This document shows, piece after piece, positions 45,645 to 56,053 of a stretch of DNA of 64,000 nucleotides (positions within the stretch are counted from its first letter, which is position 1; every line of letters begins with the position of its first letter). Made by a program: the position numbers and the translations under genes. This DNA comes from Bacteroidales bacterium. Its GTDB lineage: Bacteria; Bacteroidota; Bacteroidia; Bacteroidales; F082. The notes below the pieces were generated by a model. That model worked only from the letters and a program-made list of their open reading frames with translations, was not told where the DNA came from and did not search any database. The stretch lies in assembly GCA_045616045.1 (NCBI GenBank), contig JAZLGA010000026.1, positions 674 to 64,673 on the forward strand, written 5' to 3'.

Positions 45645-47659
45645 TTATATTTGTCTTTGACTTTTTTAAGCACCTTCTGGTTAACACTGAAATTGTATTT
45701 TTTGCGCAACTCATTGACCCATTCTTTTTCGAGTTCGACTTGGTAGTCTGACATTACAATGCCTTTTGCTTCACGCAGTGTCTTTTCCTCGGGGTCGCGC
45801 AAATCGAGTATTTTAACTATAACGGTGGTGTTGTCAACTGTTGATTTTATTTCGTTCTCAACACCTTTTTTCCACTCGGTTTGGTCAACAAATTTGTTTT
45901 CGCCTTTCTCGAAGAACGTCTTGTGAACGGAAACGCGTTTTATTGTTGAATCGCCATAAATGGTGTTGCGCAGGCTGTCGGCAGGTATGGTAGCAATAAG
46001 ATGCTTCACTTTGTCGAGCATTTCGGGTTTTACTACTGTCACTACTAATGCCTCAACGCGGTTGCCCCACATGTATTTTGATGAGTGGTGCGCATGGAAT
46101 TCCTTGAGTCCAATGGTGTCTTTTGCAGCCTTCTCCCACACTTGTTTCTCCATGAGGTCGAATAGTAGTATGCCATCGCGATATTCTTGAATAACCTGCT
46201 TGAATTCCGGGTATCTCTCTTCCAAATGGTTGTCGGCATAGTTGAGAACTTGTTGGTCGCAATATGTATCGTAGAGTTGGTATGCATAGACCTGCGGCTT
46301 TATGTTAGGCTGCTTCTTGCCTATTTCGTTTATGAAAGCCACGAAGTCGCCAATGGTGCTTGTTGCATCGCCTATGCTGAACAATGGGGCTGTGGAATTT
46401 GTGCCTGCAGGCAAAGTGTATTTGCCTTTAAGCAGTGAAGAGTCCACATTTGACATGAACTTTTCAAGGTTGTCATCGTTTTGTTTGAATTTGTATTCTT
46501 TTTTAATCTGTTCGATAACAACTTGTTCCGATTTCTTTGATCGCATATCGCGTTCAACACGTTTTTCCAGGTCTTTCTTTTCGTTCTCGAATGTGCCTGG
46601 TTGTGTCGTGGATATGAGTTTTATGATATGGAAACCGAAGTTTGTCCTTACAGGTTCTGATATCTCGCCAGGTTTAAGTGACTTTATTGTTTCAATAAAC
46701 TCAGGCACTATTCTGTTAACGGTGATGTTGCTCAGTTGGCCGTTTTGGTTCACTGTGCCTTTGTCTTCTGAATATTTTGTCACGGCTTCATTCCAATTTT
46801 TGCCGTTTTTTTGTTTGAGTTCCTTGTAGATGTTTTCGGCTTTCTTTTTGATGGCTTCAACTTCTTCGTCAGGAGTGTCGGATGCTACAGGCAGGAAAAT
46901 GTGTGCGGCTTGGGTCACTCCTATAGATGGAGTCTTGCTCGCCACTTTGATGATATGGTATCCATAATCGGTGCGAATGGGCATTGATATGTCACCTTCC
47001 TTGGTGTTGTATGCTCCGGTCTCGAAAGGATATATCATGTCGAATACGGTGAAGTAACCAAGGTCGCCGCGGTTCCCTTTGTGGGCAGGACGTGTGTTTG
47101 TTGCTGGAATGTCTTTTGCCGATGGGTCTTCAGAATAGCGAACAGCCAACTCACCGAAGTCTTCGCCCTTGAGTGCGCGTTTGCGCAGATCCATGGCTTT
47201 GTTGTAGGCCTTGAGCGTGTCTGATGGAAGGGCATGCTTGTCGCAGAATATGAGTATGTGTGAAGCTCTGATGTCATAGTGCTTGCGATCGTATGCTTCT
47301 TTTACGACCTCTTCGCTGATGGTCTCGTTGGTGAAGTAGGGCTTCGCAAGTTGTTTGCGATACTCTTCAAATTCATTGCGGAAGTGCTCGGTGGTGTCAA
47401 GTTTCATGTCGGTGGCTTCCTTTACTTTGAGGCGGAAGTTGATGAACATGTCGAGATACTCGTCAACGGTCTTTTTCTCAACCACGTTGTTCTTAAGGTT
47501 GTTTTTGGCGTATATGTCGCAGAATTCCTTTGCTGTGACATCATCGCCAGCAATGTTAATAAGCACTTTCTTGTCGAGGCTTGACTGTGCGTTGAGGCTT
47601 GTTGACATTAATGTCACTGCTATAGCGGCCATCAAGAGTTTTGTGATATTTATTTTCAT
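45641..47659 (-). CDS. PpiD/SurA-type peptidylprolyl isomerase
   Basis: 672 aa; signal peptide; ASHILIF, YGYHIIKV and FGFHIIKL parvulin motifs. Confidence 0.8.
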   Translation of the reverse strand: MKINITKLLMAAIAVTLMSTSLNAQSSLDKKVLINIAGDDVTAKEFCDIYAKNNLKNNVVEKKTVDEYLDMFINFRLKVKEATDMKLDTTEHFRNEFEEYRKQLAKPYFTNETISEEVVKEAYDRKHYDIRASHILIFCDKHALPSDTLKAYNKAMDLRKRALKGEDFGELAVRYSEDPSAKDIPATNTRPAHKGNRGDLGYFTVFDMIYPFETGAYNTKEGDISMPIRTDYGYHIIKVASKTPSIGVTQAAHIFLPVASDTPDEEVEAIKKKAENIYKELKQKNGKNWNEAVTKYSEDKGTVNQNGQLSNITVNRIVPEFIETIKSLKPGEISEPVRTNFGFHIIKLISTTQPGTFENEKKDLEKRVERDMRSKKSEQVVIEQIKKEYKFKQNDDNLEKFMSNVDSSLLKGKYTLPAGTNSTAPLFSIGDATSTIGDFVAFINEIGKKQPNIKPQVYAYQLYDTYCDQQVLNYADNHLEERYPEFKQVIQEYRDGILLFDLMEKQVWEKAAKDTIGLKEFHAHHSSKYMWGNRVEALVVTVVKPEMLDKVKHLIATIPADSLRNTIYGDSTIKRVSVHKTFFEKGENKFVDQTEWKKGVENEIKSTVDNTTVIVKILDLRDPEEKTLREAKGIVMSDYQVELEKEWVNELRKKYNFSVNQKVLKKVKDKYK

Positions 47660-47679
47660 CTCATGTTTTTTTTGGGTCT

Positions 47680-48087
47680 TTATATTTTAAGTTTTCCTTC
47701 AATGTCAATACCTTGGCCAAACAAGGTTATTTTTTGAACGTCTATCTTTTCAAACACAAGCTTGGCTTGTTCAATCTTTGCCAAGTGGATTGTGATGTTG
47801 CCTGCCTCTTTCTCTTCGATAAGGCCTTCCGGGATCTTGTCGCCTACTATCATGAGTGCGCTGCTGACCATCATTTGGTCGTGGCTGTTGGCATAGCCAA
47901 GATAAAGGTCGCTGCCTGACATGCCTTTTATTTCAAGATCGACACTGATTTTTTTCTTTATGAACTTTATGCCCAACTCGTAGTTTATTCGCAAGGTGTG
48001 GTCGTTGACGGATTCAAACGATATTGGTTGTTTTACTTTCTCGTCAATGATGTTTTTGATTTCGTTGAATGGAACTGACAGCTTCAT
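47680..48087 (-). CDS. hypothetical cytoplasmic protein
   Basis: 135-aa ORF in the guaB-PPIase gene string; no motif recognised. Confidence 0.45.
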   Translation of the reverse strand: MKLSVPFNEIKNIIDEKVKQPISFESVNDHTLRINYELGIKFIKKKISVDLEIKGMSGSDLYLGYANSHDQMMVSSALMIVGDKIPEGLIEEKEAGNITIHLAKIEQAKLVFEKIDVQKITLFGQGIDIEGKLKI

Positions 48088-48133
48088 TTTCTTAGTGTTT
48101 TTTTTCTTGTTTTTGTATGTATATTCATATCAA

Positions 48134-48162
48134 CAAAGCGTTGGAAGATAACCAACGCTTTG
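48134..48162 (-). terminator. hairpin downstream of guaB
   Basis: Perfect 11-bp arms caaagcgttgg/ccaacgctttg, 7-nt loop; weak U tract. Confidence 0.4.
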
Positions 48163-48194
48163 TAAAGGTGTTTTATTGTAATATGTCTTTAGTT

Positions 48195-49670
48195 TTAGCC
48201 ACGTTTGCTATAGTTTGGAGCCTCTTGGGTTATTGTCACATCGTGTGGATGGCTTTCAAGTATGCCAGAGTTCGTTATTCTTATGAATTTTGCTTTTTTG
48301 AGGTCTTCTATTGTTCTCGACCCGGTGTATCCCATTCCAGAGCGCAGTCCGCCAACCATCTGGTAAACTACTTCTGACAGGGAACCTTTGTATGGCACGC
48401 GACCTGCAATGCCTTCTGGCACAAGCTTCTTCACATCGTCTTCCATATCTTGGAAATAACGGTCCTTTGACCCGTTCTGCATGGCCTCGAGCGAACCCAT
48501 GCCGCGGTATGTCTTGAACTTGCGTCCTTCGTAGATTATGGTGTCGCCTGGCGACTCGTCCACACCGGCGAATAGCGACCCCGCCATTATTGATGACGCA
48601 CCTGCTGCTATGGCTTTGACAATGTCGCCTGTGTAGCGTATGCCACCATCGGCTATGATGGGAACGTCTTTGCCTTCTATCGCTTTAGCTACATCCATTA
48701 CCGCAGTGAGTTGTGGTACTCCGATGCCTGCCACAACGCGTGTGGTGCATATTGAACCAGGGCCTATTCCTACCTTTATTGCCGATGCTCCAGCCTCCAC
48801 AAGTGCAAGTGCAGCTTCACCTGTTGCAACGTTGCCTGCCACTATGTCAATGTTCTGATAGCGCTCGCTGAGCATCTTAACCATGTTGATGACACCTTGC
48901 GAGTGACCATGGGCTGTGTCAACAACGAGGGCATCAACACCGGCTTCTACCAAAGATGTAGCCCGTTCAAGGGTGTTGGCTGCTATACCAACAGCAGCGG
49001 CTACACGCAACCTGCCCCTGCTGTCTTTGCATGCGTTGGGTCGCGCTTTTATCTTGATGATGTCCTTATAGGTGATAAGGCCTATAAGCTTGTTGTTTTT
49101 GTCAACAACGGGCAATTTTTCAATCTTGTATTGTTGGAGTATGTCGGCAGCGTGGTCGAAATCGGTGAGTTCGGTTGTGGTTATTATGTTGTCCTTTGTC
49201 ATAACTTCGGTTATGGGACGTTCAAGACCTCGCTCAAAACGCAAGTCACGGTTGGTGACAATGCCCACAAGCAGTCCCGAAGCATCTACAACGGGAATGC
49301 CGCCTATGCTGTATTCTTTCATCATGTTTAGGGCATCGCGAACCTTGGCGTTGACATTGATGGTGACGGGGTCGGTAATCATGCCATTCTCGGCACGCTT
49401 CACTTTACGAACCTCAGAGGCTTGCTTGCCAATGGACATGTTCTTGTGAAGTACACCTATACCGCCTTCTTGGGCAATGGCAATGGCCATGCGTGACTCT
49501 GTCACTGTATCCATTCCTGCCGAAACAATAGGTATGTTAAGATTTATGTTTCGTGAGAAGCGCGTCTTCAAGGATGTTTCGCGCGGCAAGACATCACTAT
49601 AGGAAGGCACCAACAATACATCATCGTAGGTTAAGCCTTCGCCAACAAATTTATCGTTATCAGACAACAT
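48195..49670 (-). CDS. guaB: IMP dehydrogenase
   Basis: Start set to the ATG ([22 protein letters not shown]); CBS pair; active-site [11 protein letters not shown]. Confidence 0.95.
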   Translation of the reverse strand: MLSDNDKFVGEGLTYDDVLLVPSYSDVLPRETSLKTRFSRNINLNIPIVSAGMDTVTESRMAIAIAQEGGIGVLHKNMSIGKQASEVRKVKRAENGMITDPVTINVNAKVRDALNMMKEYSIGGIPVVDASGLLVGIVTNRDLRFERGLERPITEVMTKDNIITTTELTDFDHAADILQQYKIEKLPVVDKNNKLIGLITYKDIIKIKARPNACKDSRGRLRVAAAVGIAANTLERATSLVEAGVDALVVDTAHGHSQGVINMVKMLSERYQNIDIVAGNVATGEAALALVEAGASAIKVGIGPGSICTTRVVAGIGVPQLTAVMDVAKAIEGKDVPIIADGGIRYTGDIVKAIAAGASSIMAGSLFAGVDESPGDTIIYEGRKFKTYRGMGSLEAMQNGSKDRYFQDMEDDVKKLVPEGIAGRVPYKGSLSEVVYQMVGGLRSGMGYTGSRTIEDLKKAKFIRITNSGILESHPHDVTITQEAPNYSKRG

Positions 49671-49694
49671 GACTAAATAGGTTTTATTGGCTTG

Positions 49695-49702
49695 CAAAGA
49701 TA
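49695..49702 (-). promoter_or_regulatory. Bacteroidetes -7 box (TAtcTTTG on the minus strand)
   Basis: 24 nt upstream of the guaB ATG at 49670. Confidence 0.5.
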
Positions 49703-49840
49703 ATGTTTTTTTTTCTTACCTTGATTATAGAAGCCGATGATTTTTTTTTCTGATTGATTTTTTTCCTTGGGTTTGTTAAAGAATATGTCTTCTCCGAAAG
49801 AAAAAAACAATCTTATTTTTTGTCACCTCTGAAAAACTCC

Positions 49841-49848
49841 TATTTTTG
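49841..49848 (+). promoter_or_regulatory. Bacteroidetes -7 box TAttTTTG
   Basis: 26 nt upstream of the GTG start at 49875. Confidence 0.45.
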
Positions 49849-49874
49849 CATACGGAACATTAAACTGTCTGGTT

Positions 49875-52256
49875 GTGAAAAAGATATTTGTTATTTTCTT
49901 GCTCATAATGGTGCTGTTCAAACTGTCAACGGCTCAGAATGGCTTGTTTGTCAATGATTTTGAACAAAAAGACAGCTTTGGGCCATGGACCAAAGTCATA
50001 GCCAGATACGATACCTCAGCATACAACGGCAATTTCGTCTGTCGCGTAGAAGCATCCCATGAATACGGTTTTGGCGTATCCATTCGTACAACAGACAACC
50101 TTAAACGACAGAATCTGAACATATCATTCGAGGCCGCTTATCGTTTCAATGACTCTGACCCTGACGCATCTGTTGTGATGAGTGTTGACAATAGTTCCAT
50201 AAATTGTTACTGGAATAAATACCCCATATCGGGAGGAAAGAAAGGCGAATGGTTTAAAAGTGGCTTCAATACGATGATTCCAGCCGATTATATGCCTGAA
50301 GGTACGGTGATTAAGATTTATGTATTGAATCATCAGGGGCAGGAGATAGATATTGACGACGCCAGAGTGGAGATAGAGACTGCTCCAATGCCACGTTTTC
50401 TGCCAAAGCACCAAAACACATTGCCTCTTGGAAATGGTAAAGCCGTCGTGCAAAACTCTAATTATGGAGTTTCGTATTTCCCCCGTAATAAGGCCCTGAC
50501 AATAACCAATGCCAACAGCATTCCGCTTACCAAAGGTATATACACGGTGACGGAAGCTATAATAGCTTCTGATACCATGACATTTATAGGCGACAAATGG
50601 GTTAAGGGCAGCGATGGGACTTGGATATGCAGAACACCTGTTGGCTTGACAAAAGTCAAATTTGTTGAGGCCAGCCCCAACCAGCTTTCCATTGCTGCTG
50701 AAAATGCCTACAACTTCGACATGCTCATTGCAAGACAGGCTCTTGTTGTGCCTTTTAATGCTGACGAAATGGAAGTTTATCGAACTAATTGTTTGACCGA
50801 TACAATTTTCTTTCAAGATTGTTATTATCTGGCCGATAAAGGTTTCACCATCGGCAAGGGCGAAAACAGTATCAGTACTTGCCACAATAGTTCGGTCGGC
50901 TCAATTCAATTTGACGCAGTTAATCGCACTGCCTATTTCAATGCTGACTATTGGCGAGACCATCCTTTAATACACTATCCTCTTGACGACGATACCTTGA
51001 ATTATTTTGTTGACATTTCCTGTCGGCAAGTTGGTGCAGAAAGTGTTATAAAGTCGAATTTTGACTTGTTTATAGGCATTGACTCAAAATGTCTTCCCGT
51101 TTTTATGCCAACTTTCGGTGGATATGATGCTGCCATAATCTTTACTGAGCATGCCGACTGGACTGACATACGTACTCAACGAGCCGTGCTTTTTGGCAAC
51201 GAAAATATTAAAAGTGCCGACAGCGCCGTAGGTGGTTTTGTCTATTACAATGTGCCTGTCACAAAAAGTGTTTTTTATAACAATCCTGAAGGTATTACAA
51301 ATGAGGGGCGAAGCGAAGGGGTCTTTGTCAGCGAACAGGCTACACTTATGGGAAAAGATGAGTTCCTGAAGACCATAGAACAGTTACATGAACTGGGATT
51401 TGACATCTGTTTGCATACTCCAGAACAGAACACTACATGCGGCAACAACATGGACGAAGCTCTTGATTTCATGCAAAGGCATTTCAACTCTGTGTGTTGG
51501 ATTGACCATGGCTACAACAACACCTCACAACACAATAGGGAGAACCTTTTGTGCGACGCCTTGCTTCCCGATGGCGGATGCTATTCGTTGCCACTATGGA
51601 ATAAATACGGCATACGATATCTGTGGAATGCGTATTATGAGGAGAATCCTATGCCGCAATATGATTTTGACTGCAACTTTAAGCAACCCTACCCTGGATA
51701 TGGCGATGCCTTGCCTAGACCTCAAGTGACAACATTGCCCAATGGCGACACAACGCTGCTGTTGTGGTCAACATCTTCTACGTTTGAAACAAATAGCGAC
51801 AGTGGATGGGACTATTTCTTCTCGCGTGAACGTCTTGAGAGGCTGTCTCTTAATCATGATGTGCATATCACGCATGTTTATCCTGCTTGGGTGCTTCAGG
51901 AAAGGTCGTGTTGGGAATATGTTGCCGACAGTGTCATTACTGCAAGAAAAGGATTCAACAGAGCACTTGCACGCATAAGCGAATTGCGAACGGAGTGCCG
52001 CCTAAATGCCATAACAATAGCAGAGCATCTCCGATATGTTGAGGCTGTTGGCAAAATCAAATATGGGTTAGTAGATAGAAACCATGTCACACTATTCAAT
52101 TCTGGAAATGACGTAAAAGGTGTGTCATTGCTGTTTGCCGAGACACCTGACTTTGGTGGCAAGGAGATAGAGACACGCAACACTATCGATGGTTCCGTCG
52201 TGGTATGGTTTGATATGTATAAAAATGAGACAATAACAATAAAATACAGAAAATGA
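49875..52256 (+). CDS. 793-aa secreted protein, unknown function
   Basis: Signal peptide MKKIFVIFLLIMVLFKLSTAQ (GTG start); IIFTEHADW and ICLHTPEQ are only vaguely reminiscent of NodB-type deacetylase motifs. Confidence 0.65.
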   Translation: MKKIFVIFLLIMVLFKLSTAQNGLFVNDFEQKDSFGPWTKVIARYDTSAYNGNFVCRVEASHEYGFGVSIRTTDNLKRQNLNISFEAAYRFNDSDPDASVVMSVDNSSINCYWNKYPISGGKKGEWFKSGFNTMIPADYMPEGTVIKIYVLNHQGQEIDIDDARVEIETAPMPRFLPKHQNTLPLGNGKAVVQNSNYGVSYFPRNKALTITNANSIPLTKGIYTVTEAIIASDTMTFIGDKWVKGSDGTWICRTPVGLTKVKFVEASPNQLSIAAENAYNFDMLIARQALVVPFNADEMEVYRTNCLTDTIFFQDCYYLADKGFTIGKGENSISTCHNSSVGSIQFDAVNRTAYFNADYWRDHPLIHYPLDDDTLNYFVDISCRQVGAESVIKSNFDLFIGIDSKCLPVFMPTFGGYDAAIIFTEHADWTDIRTQRAVLFGNENIKSADSAVGGFVYYNVPVTKSVFYNNPEGITNEGRSEGVFVSEQATLMGKDEFLKTIEQLHELGFDICLHTPEQNTTCGNNMDEALDFMQRHFNSVCWIDHGYNNTSQHNRENLLCDALLPDGGCYSLPLWNKYGIRYLWNAYYEENPMPQYDFDCNFKQPYPGYGDALPRPQVTTLPNGDTTLLLWSTSSTFETNSDSGWDYFFSRERLERLSLNHDVHITHVYPAWVLQERSCWEYVADSVITARKGFNRALARISELRTECRLNAITIAEHLRYVEAVGKIKYGLVDRNHVTLFNSGNDVKGVSLLFAETPDFGGKEIETRNTIDGSVVVWFDMYKNETITIKYRK

Positions 52257-52819
52257 AACGCATTTCAATATTTGTGTCGGGCAATGGCACAAATCTTCAG
52301 CGCATTGCTGAGTATTTCGCTCCAAGACAAGACGTAGAGATTGCCAATGTGGTGTGCAACAATCCAAAGGCATATTCAATTGAACGCGCAAAGAAACTTG
52401 GTTTGGCTTTGCGTATGATAGACAGGGAAGAGTTCAAGAGCCAGGCTTTTGTTGAAGAGATGAGCACTTCCAATATTGACTTGATAGTTTTGGCAGGCTT
52501 CCTATGGAAAATACCAGAAAATCTTGTTAGGGCTTTCCCTCACAAGATAATCAACATACATCCAGCATTGCTTCCAAAGTATGGCGGCAAGGGATTCTAT
52601 GGCGAGCATGTGCACGAGGCCGTGGTTAAGGCAGGCGAACCTGTGTCTGGCATAACAATCCATTATGTTGACGAGGTTTACGACAATGGCGAGACTATTT
52701 TCCAAGCTACCGTAAAACTCGATCCCCATGAGACGGCTGACAGTCTCGCCTCCAAGATTCATGTTTTGGAGCAACAACATTTTCCAATTGTGATAGATAG
52801 CATTTTGTTCAAAAAATAG
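52253..52819 (+). CDS. purN: phosphoribosylglycinamide formyltransferase
   Basis: ISIFVSGNGTNLQ N-terminus, INIHPALLPKYGG, GITIHYVDEVYDNG. Confidence 0.9.
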   Translation: MKRISIFVSGNGTNLQRIAEYFAPRQDVEIANVVCNNPKAYSIERAKKLGLALRMIDREEFKSQAFVEEMSTSNIDLIVLAGFLWKIPENLVRAFPHKIINIHPALLPKYGGKGFYGEHVHEAVVKAGEPVSGITIHYVDEVYDNGETIFQATVKLDPHETADSLASKIHVLEQQHFPIVIDSILFKK

Positions 52820-52951
52820 GGCAAAAAGTAATCTATAAAATGTTTTTTGCAGAAAAAATTTTGTTTTAAAGAAAAACTGCCTACATTTGCAATTAAAATA
52901 AGGAGCGCAGCCGAAAATCCTTTAAAAAATAGACACAAAAAAATTATTACT

Positions 52952-53230
52952 ATGGTATTAAAAGAGAGTGATTTACAATTCAGCACTTACGAATACCTCA
53001 AGGAGGCAGGTATATTGGGTTTCTATCCCTTTATCAGTGGTGCTAACAATGCAACGGTGATCGAGTTCCCAAAAACGATTGCCCGTGACGGGAAACGTTA
53101 CAAGGTTACATACATCTCGGTATATGCCGACTTGGCTAAATGCACTAAGCTTGAAGAAGTCCGTATTCCAAAAGAACTTATATCGGAGGTGCAAGTGCCT
53201 AATGGTGTGAAAGTGACCTTTATTGACTGA
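52952..53230 (+). CDS. small hypothetical protein
   Basis: Start set to MVLKESDL; TAcaTTTG box at 52882-52889; no family recognised. Confidence 0.4.
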   Translation: MVLKESDLQFSTYEYLKEAGILGFYPFISGANNATVIEFPKTIARDGKRYKVTYISVYADLAKCTKLEEVRIPKELISEVQVPNGVKVTFID

Positions 53231-53266
53231 AGATTTTAATGTTTAACCAAGAAAATTGAAAGAAAC

Positions 53267-53653
53267 ATGAATTTTACACAGCAGTTTGTGGCTATGACAA
53301 TGGCTACACTCAACATTGACGGAAGAACGGAAGAAATAGAATATCTGACCATAAGAAACACCGCCAAAAACATTGGTCTTGACCATGACGAGGTTGAAGA
53401 GGCCATTAAGTCTGAGATGGAGAAGCCTACAATGCTTCACAAAGTCAATACATCAAAATTGTCGTATGAGGAGAAACTACAGATACTTGAAGCATGTGTT
53501 CTGGTGGCTCTTTGCGACAAGGAATTGGCCATGAAGGAAGTCGCTATTCTCAATATCATCGCACGCAGCATGGCCTTGCAAGAAGAATTGGTGACACTCT
53601 ATATTGCCAAGTATGTCCAAGGCGACCGTAGCATGGTCATCGAAGGAATGTAA
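53267..53653 (+). CDS. hypothetical protein (possibly TerB-like helical)
   Basis: 128-aa ORF; helical repeats with acidic residues; the family call is weak. Confidence 0.45.
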   Translation: MNFTQQFVAMTMATLNIDGRTEEIEYLTIRNTAKNIGLDHDEVEEAIKSEMEKPTMLHKVNTSKLSYEEKLQILEACVLVALCDKELAMKEVAILNIIARSMALQEELVTLYIAKYVQGDRSMVIEGM

Positions 53654-53701
53654 AAATCTAATGCATCATGGCTTCGTAGCCAGGTTTTTCTTAAATTAAA
53701 A

Positions 53702-53720
53702 ATCCGAGTCAAGCTCGGAT
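53702..53720. terminator. bidirectional rho-independent terminator
   Basis: atccgag-tcaag-ctcggat flanked by an A run upstream and a T run downstream, between convergent genes. Confidence 0.65.
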
Positions 53721-53732
53721 TTTTTGTTTTTG

Positions 53733-54620
53733 TCATTCAGCCGGACTTGTGCCTTTTTTCTTGCCGGTCATTAGTTTTCTCCAACTAAATATAAGCAAGG
53801 CTATTGTCGCAGCTGCACTGACCATGGTTAAAGCAGTGCCTGTAGTGCCTATCTCCTCCACTTCAATGTCTATATGGCCTTTATGGGCAAGAAACATTAT
53901 AACTACTGTTGTCGCATTGTTGATGAAGTGCATTAGAATGGATGGCCAAAGTGATTTTGACATATATGCCATATATCCCAACAATAGTCCGAGAACAAAA
54001 CGTGGTACTAAACCGTAGAATTGGAAGTGAATTGCCGAAAATACCAGGGCTCCTATTACTATGCCCACATGGCTATTGCGACATACCTTGACAAGCCAAG
54101 GCTGCAACACACCGCGGAATGTCATCTCTTCGCCTAAAGCAGCTATGAGTGCTATAACAATGATATTTGCAAACAAACCTCCTATGGTGTCGGTGTTTAG
54201 CATCTTTTCTGTTTCTTCTTTTGCAATGTCTTCCATTTGCCGTATTATCGCTTCAAGGTCTTTGAGCGACTCTGGCAGCCTCATTGCCTCGTTCCATTCT
54301 GTAAGTTTGCTCACAAAAGGAATGCTAACCGCTATTAGTATTGCTGCCGTGAGATATATAAATGGTTTTGTATGGCGAAGACCCAATTCGGATAGAGGTT
54401 TGCTGCGAGTAAGTAGGAAATGGCAAATGGGCGGCATGACAAACATGCACAATGCACTTAGACCTTGCGCCAAACGCATAGCTCCGGGTGTGTCGCCTTT
54501 AAGATGCATTATCCCGACTGTTATTGCGTACCCTATTGCAGTCCAAAAAATTACAATGAATATGAAAAGAAAAAATTTGAAGGCAGAACTTTTGTCGTGA
54601 AATATCGGTCTGGGTTCCAT
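53733..54620 (-). CDS. CPBP-family intramembrane glutamic endopeptidase
   Basis: Polytopic; GEEMTFRGVLQ (EExxxR), FSAIHF and MHFINN motifs. Confidence 0.8.
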   Translation of the reverse strand: MEPRPIFHDKSSAFKFFLFIFIVIFWTAIGYAITVGIMHLKGDTPGAMRLAQGLSALCMFVMPPICHFLLTRSKPLSELGLRHTKPFIYLTAAILIAVSIPFVSKLTEWNEAMRLPESLKDLEAIIRQMEDIAKEETEKMLNTDTIGGLFANIIVIALIAALGEEMTFRGVLQPWLVKVCRNSHVGIVIGALVFSAIHFQFYGLVPRFVLGLLLGYMAYMSKSLWPSILMHFINNATTVVIMFLAHKGHIDIEVEEIGTTGTALTMVSAAATIALLIFSWRKLMTGKKKGTSPAE

Positions 54621-54976
54621 AATTTGTTTGTTTGGTTTGCAAATATATGGATTTTTTGAACTTGCTGTTTTTTTTGGGGTATTTAGCCCGCTAAAATTTA
54701 GTTAAAAGTTGACAATTTGTGAGTTTAAACTTCATTTTCTCTTGTTTTATGGATGCTGGCTATATATTCAACTCTTTCATTAATTTTTATTCTCTACATG
54801 GGCCTTTCCCATTTGCAACAAATTGTGCGCCGTCCGGCTCCATTGTCCATTTTATTTGTTTATGAATGTTGTTTGTTATCGTGCAAATTTACTATTTTTG
54901 CCCTGCAAATCTGATGTGGCGCAGTTCGCGCTGCAAATCTAAGGTTTGCAAAGTGAAGCAACCTTTTCGTTTTGCG

Positions 54977-55957
54977 ATGGCCTATATGAGAATTGGAAAT
55001 ATAGAATTTGACCGCTACCCTCTTTTTTTGGCACCTATGGAGGACGTTACCGATCCTCCGTTTCGCTGTTTGTGCAAGGAGTTCGGTGCTGATATGGTAT
55101 ATTCTGAGTTTATATCTGCCGATGGACTTATTCGCGATGCCGACAAGAGCGTTAAAAAACTCGATTTTGCCGACTTCGAGCGTCCCTTTGGAGTACAGAT
55201 TTTTGGCAATGCCATTGAACCAATGGTTGCGGCGGCACGTTATGCCGAGTTAAACCATCCAGATGTTATTGACATTAATTTCGGTTGCCCTGTAAAAAAG
55301 GTGGCCTCAAAAGGTGCAGGTTCGGGCATTATGAATGATATACCTAAGATGGTGGCAATAACAAAAGCTGTTGTGGAAGCGGTGAAGGTGCCAGTCACTG
55401 TGAAAACACGCTTGGGTTACGATGATAGCCATCGTGAAATAGTCAGTGTCGCCGAAAGACTTCAGGATGTAGGCATAGCAGCCATTACCATTCATGGACG
55501 TTTGAGAACAACCAAATATAGCGAGCCAGCCGACTGGACTTTGATAGGCGAGGTGAAAAACAATCCTCGTATGTCTATACCTGTAATCGGTAACGGTGAC
55601 ATTGTTGATGGCCCATCGGCTAAACACTTCATGGATTCATTTGGCGTTGACGGACTGATGATAGGACGTGCCAGTTACGGCAACCCTTGGGTGTTTGCCG
55701 AGATAAGGCATTATCTTGAATCTGGATGCAATCTGCCTCAACCTACCATAAGTCAGCGAGTCGAGGTGGCAAAGAGACACCTGAATAGCGAAGCTGAATG
55801 GAAAGGCGAGAGGCAGGCTGTGTTGGAAATTCGCAAGCACTGGAGCTGTTATTTTAAAGGAATGTCCAATTTCAAACCATATCGCATTAGACTTATGCAA
55901 GCCGCTTCCATTATGGAGGTCAATGAGATCCTTGATGAGATTTGCAGGTCTTTCTGA
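54977..55957 (+). CDS. dusB: tRNA dihydrouridine synthase
   Basis: Start trimmed to MAYMRIG; LAPMEDVTDPPFR, DINFGCPVKKV, TIHGRLR motifs; TAttTTTG box at 54893-54900. Confidence 0.85.
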   Translation: MAYMRIGNIEFDRYPLFLAPMEDVTDPPFRCLCKEFGADMVYSEFISADGLIRDADKSVKKLDFADFERPFGVQIFGNAIEPMVAAARYAELNHPDVIDINFGCPVKKVASKGAGSGIMNDIPKMVAITKAVVEAVKVPVTVKTRLGYDDSHREIVSVAERLQDVGIAAITIHGRLRTTKYSEPADWTLIGEVKNNPRMSIPVIGNGDIVDGPSAKHFMDSFGVDGLMIGRASYGNPWVFAEIRHYLESGCNLPQPTISQRVEVAKRHLNSEAEWKGERQAVLEIRKHWSCYFKGMSNFKPYRIRLMQAASIMEVNEILDEICRSF

Positions 55958-56053
55958 GGCTGGTACAGTTCAGAATCCTTTGTACCTAAAAACAACACAG
56001 TCACGAAGAATCTGTTCCCCCATGACTGTGTCATAATGTCTTAAATCATTCAA

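Noticed and set aside
50124-50885. 253-aa minus-strand ORF inside the 793-aa gene
   Set aside because: It has no start context or motifs and is fully embedded antisense in a longer ORF that has a signal peptide and a promoter box.
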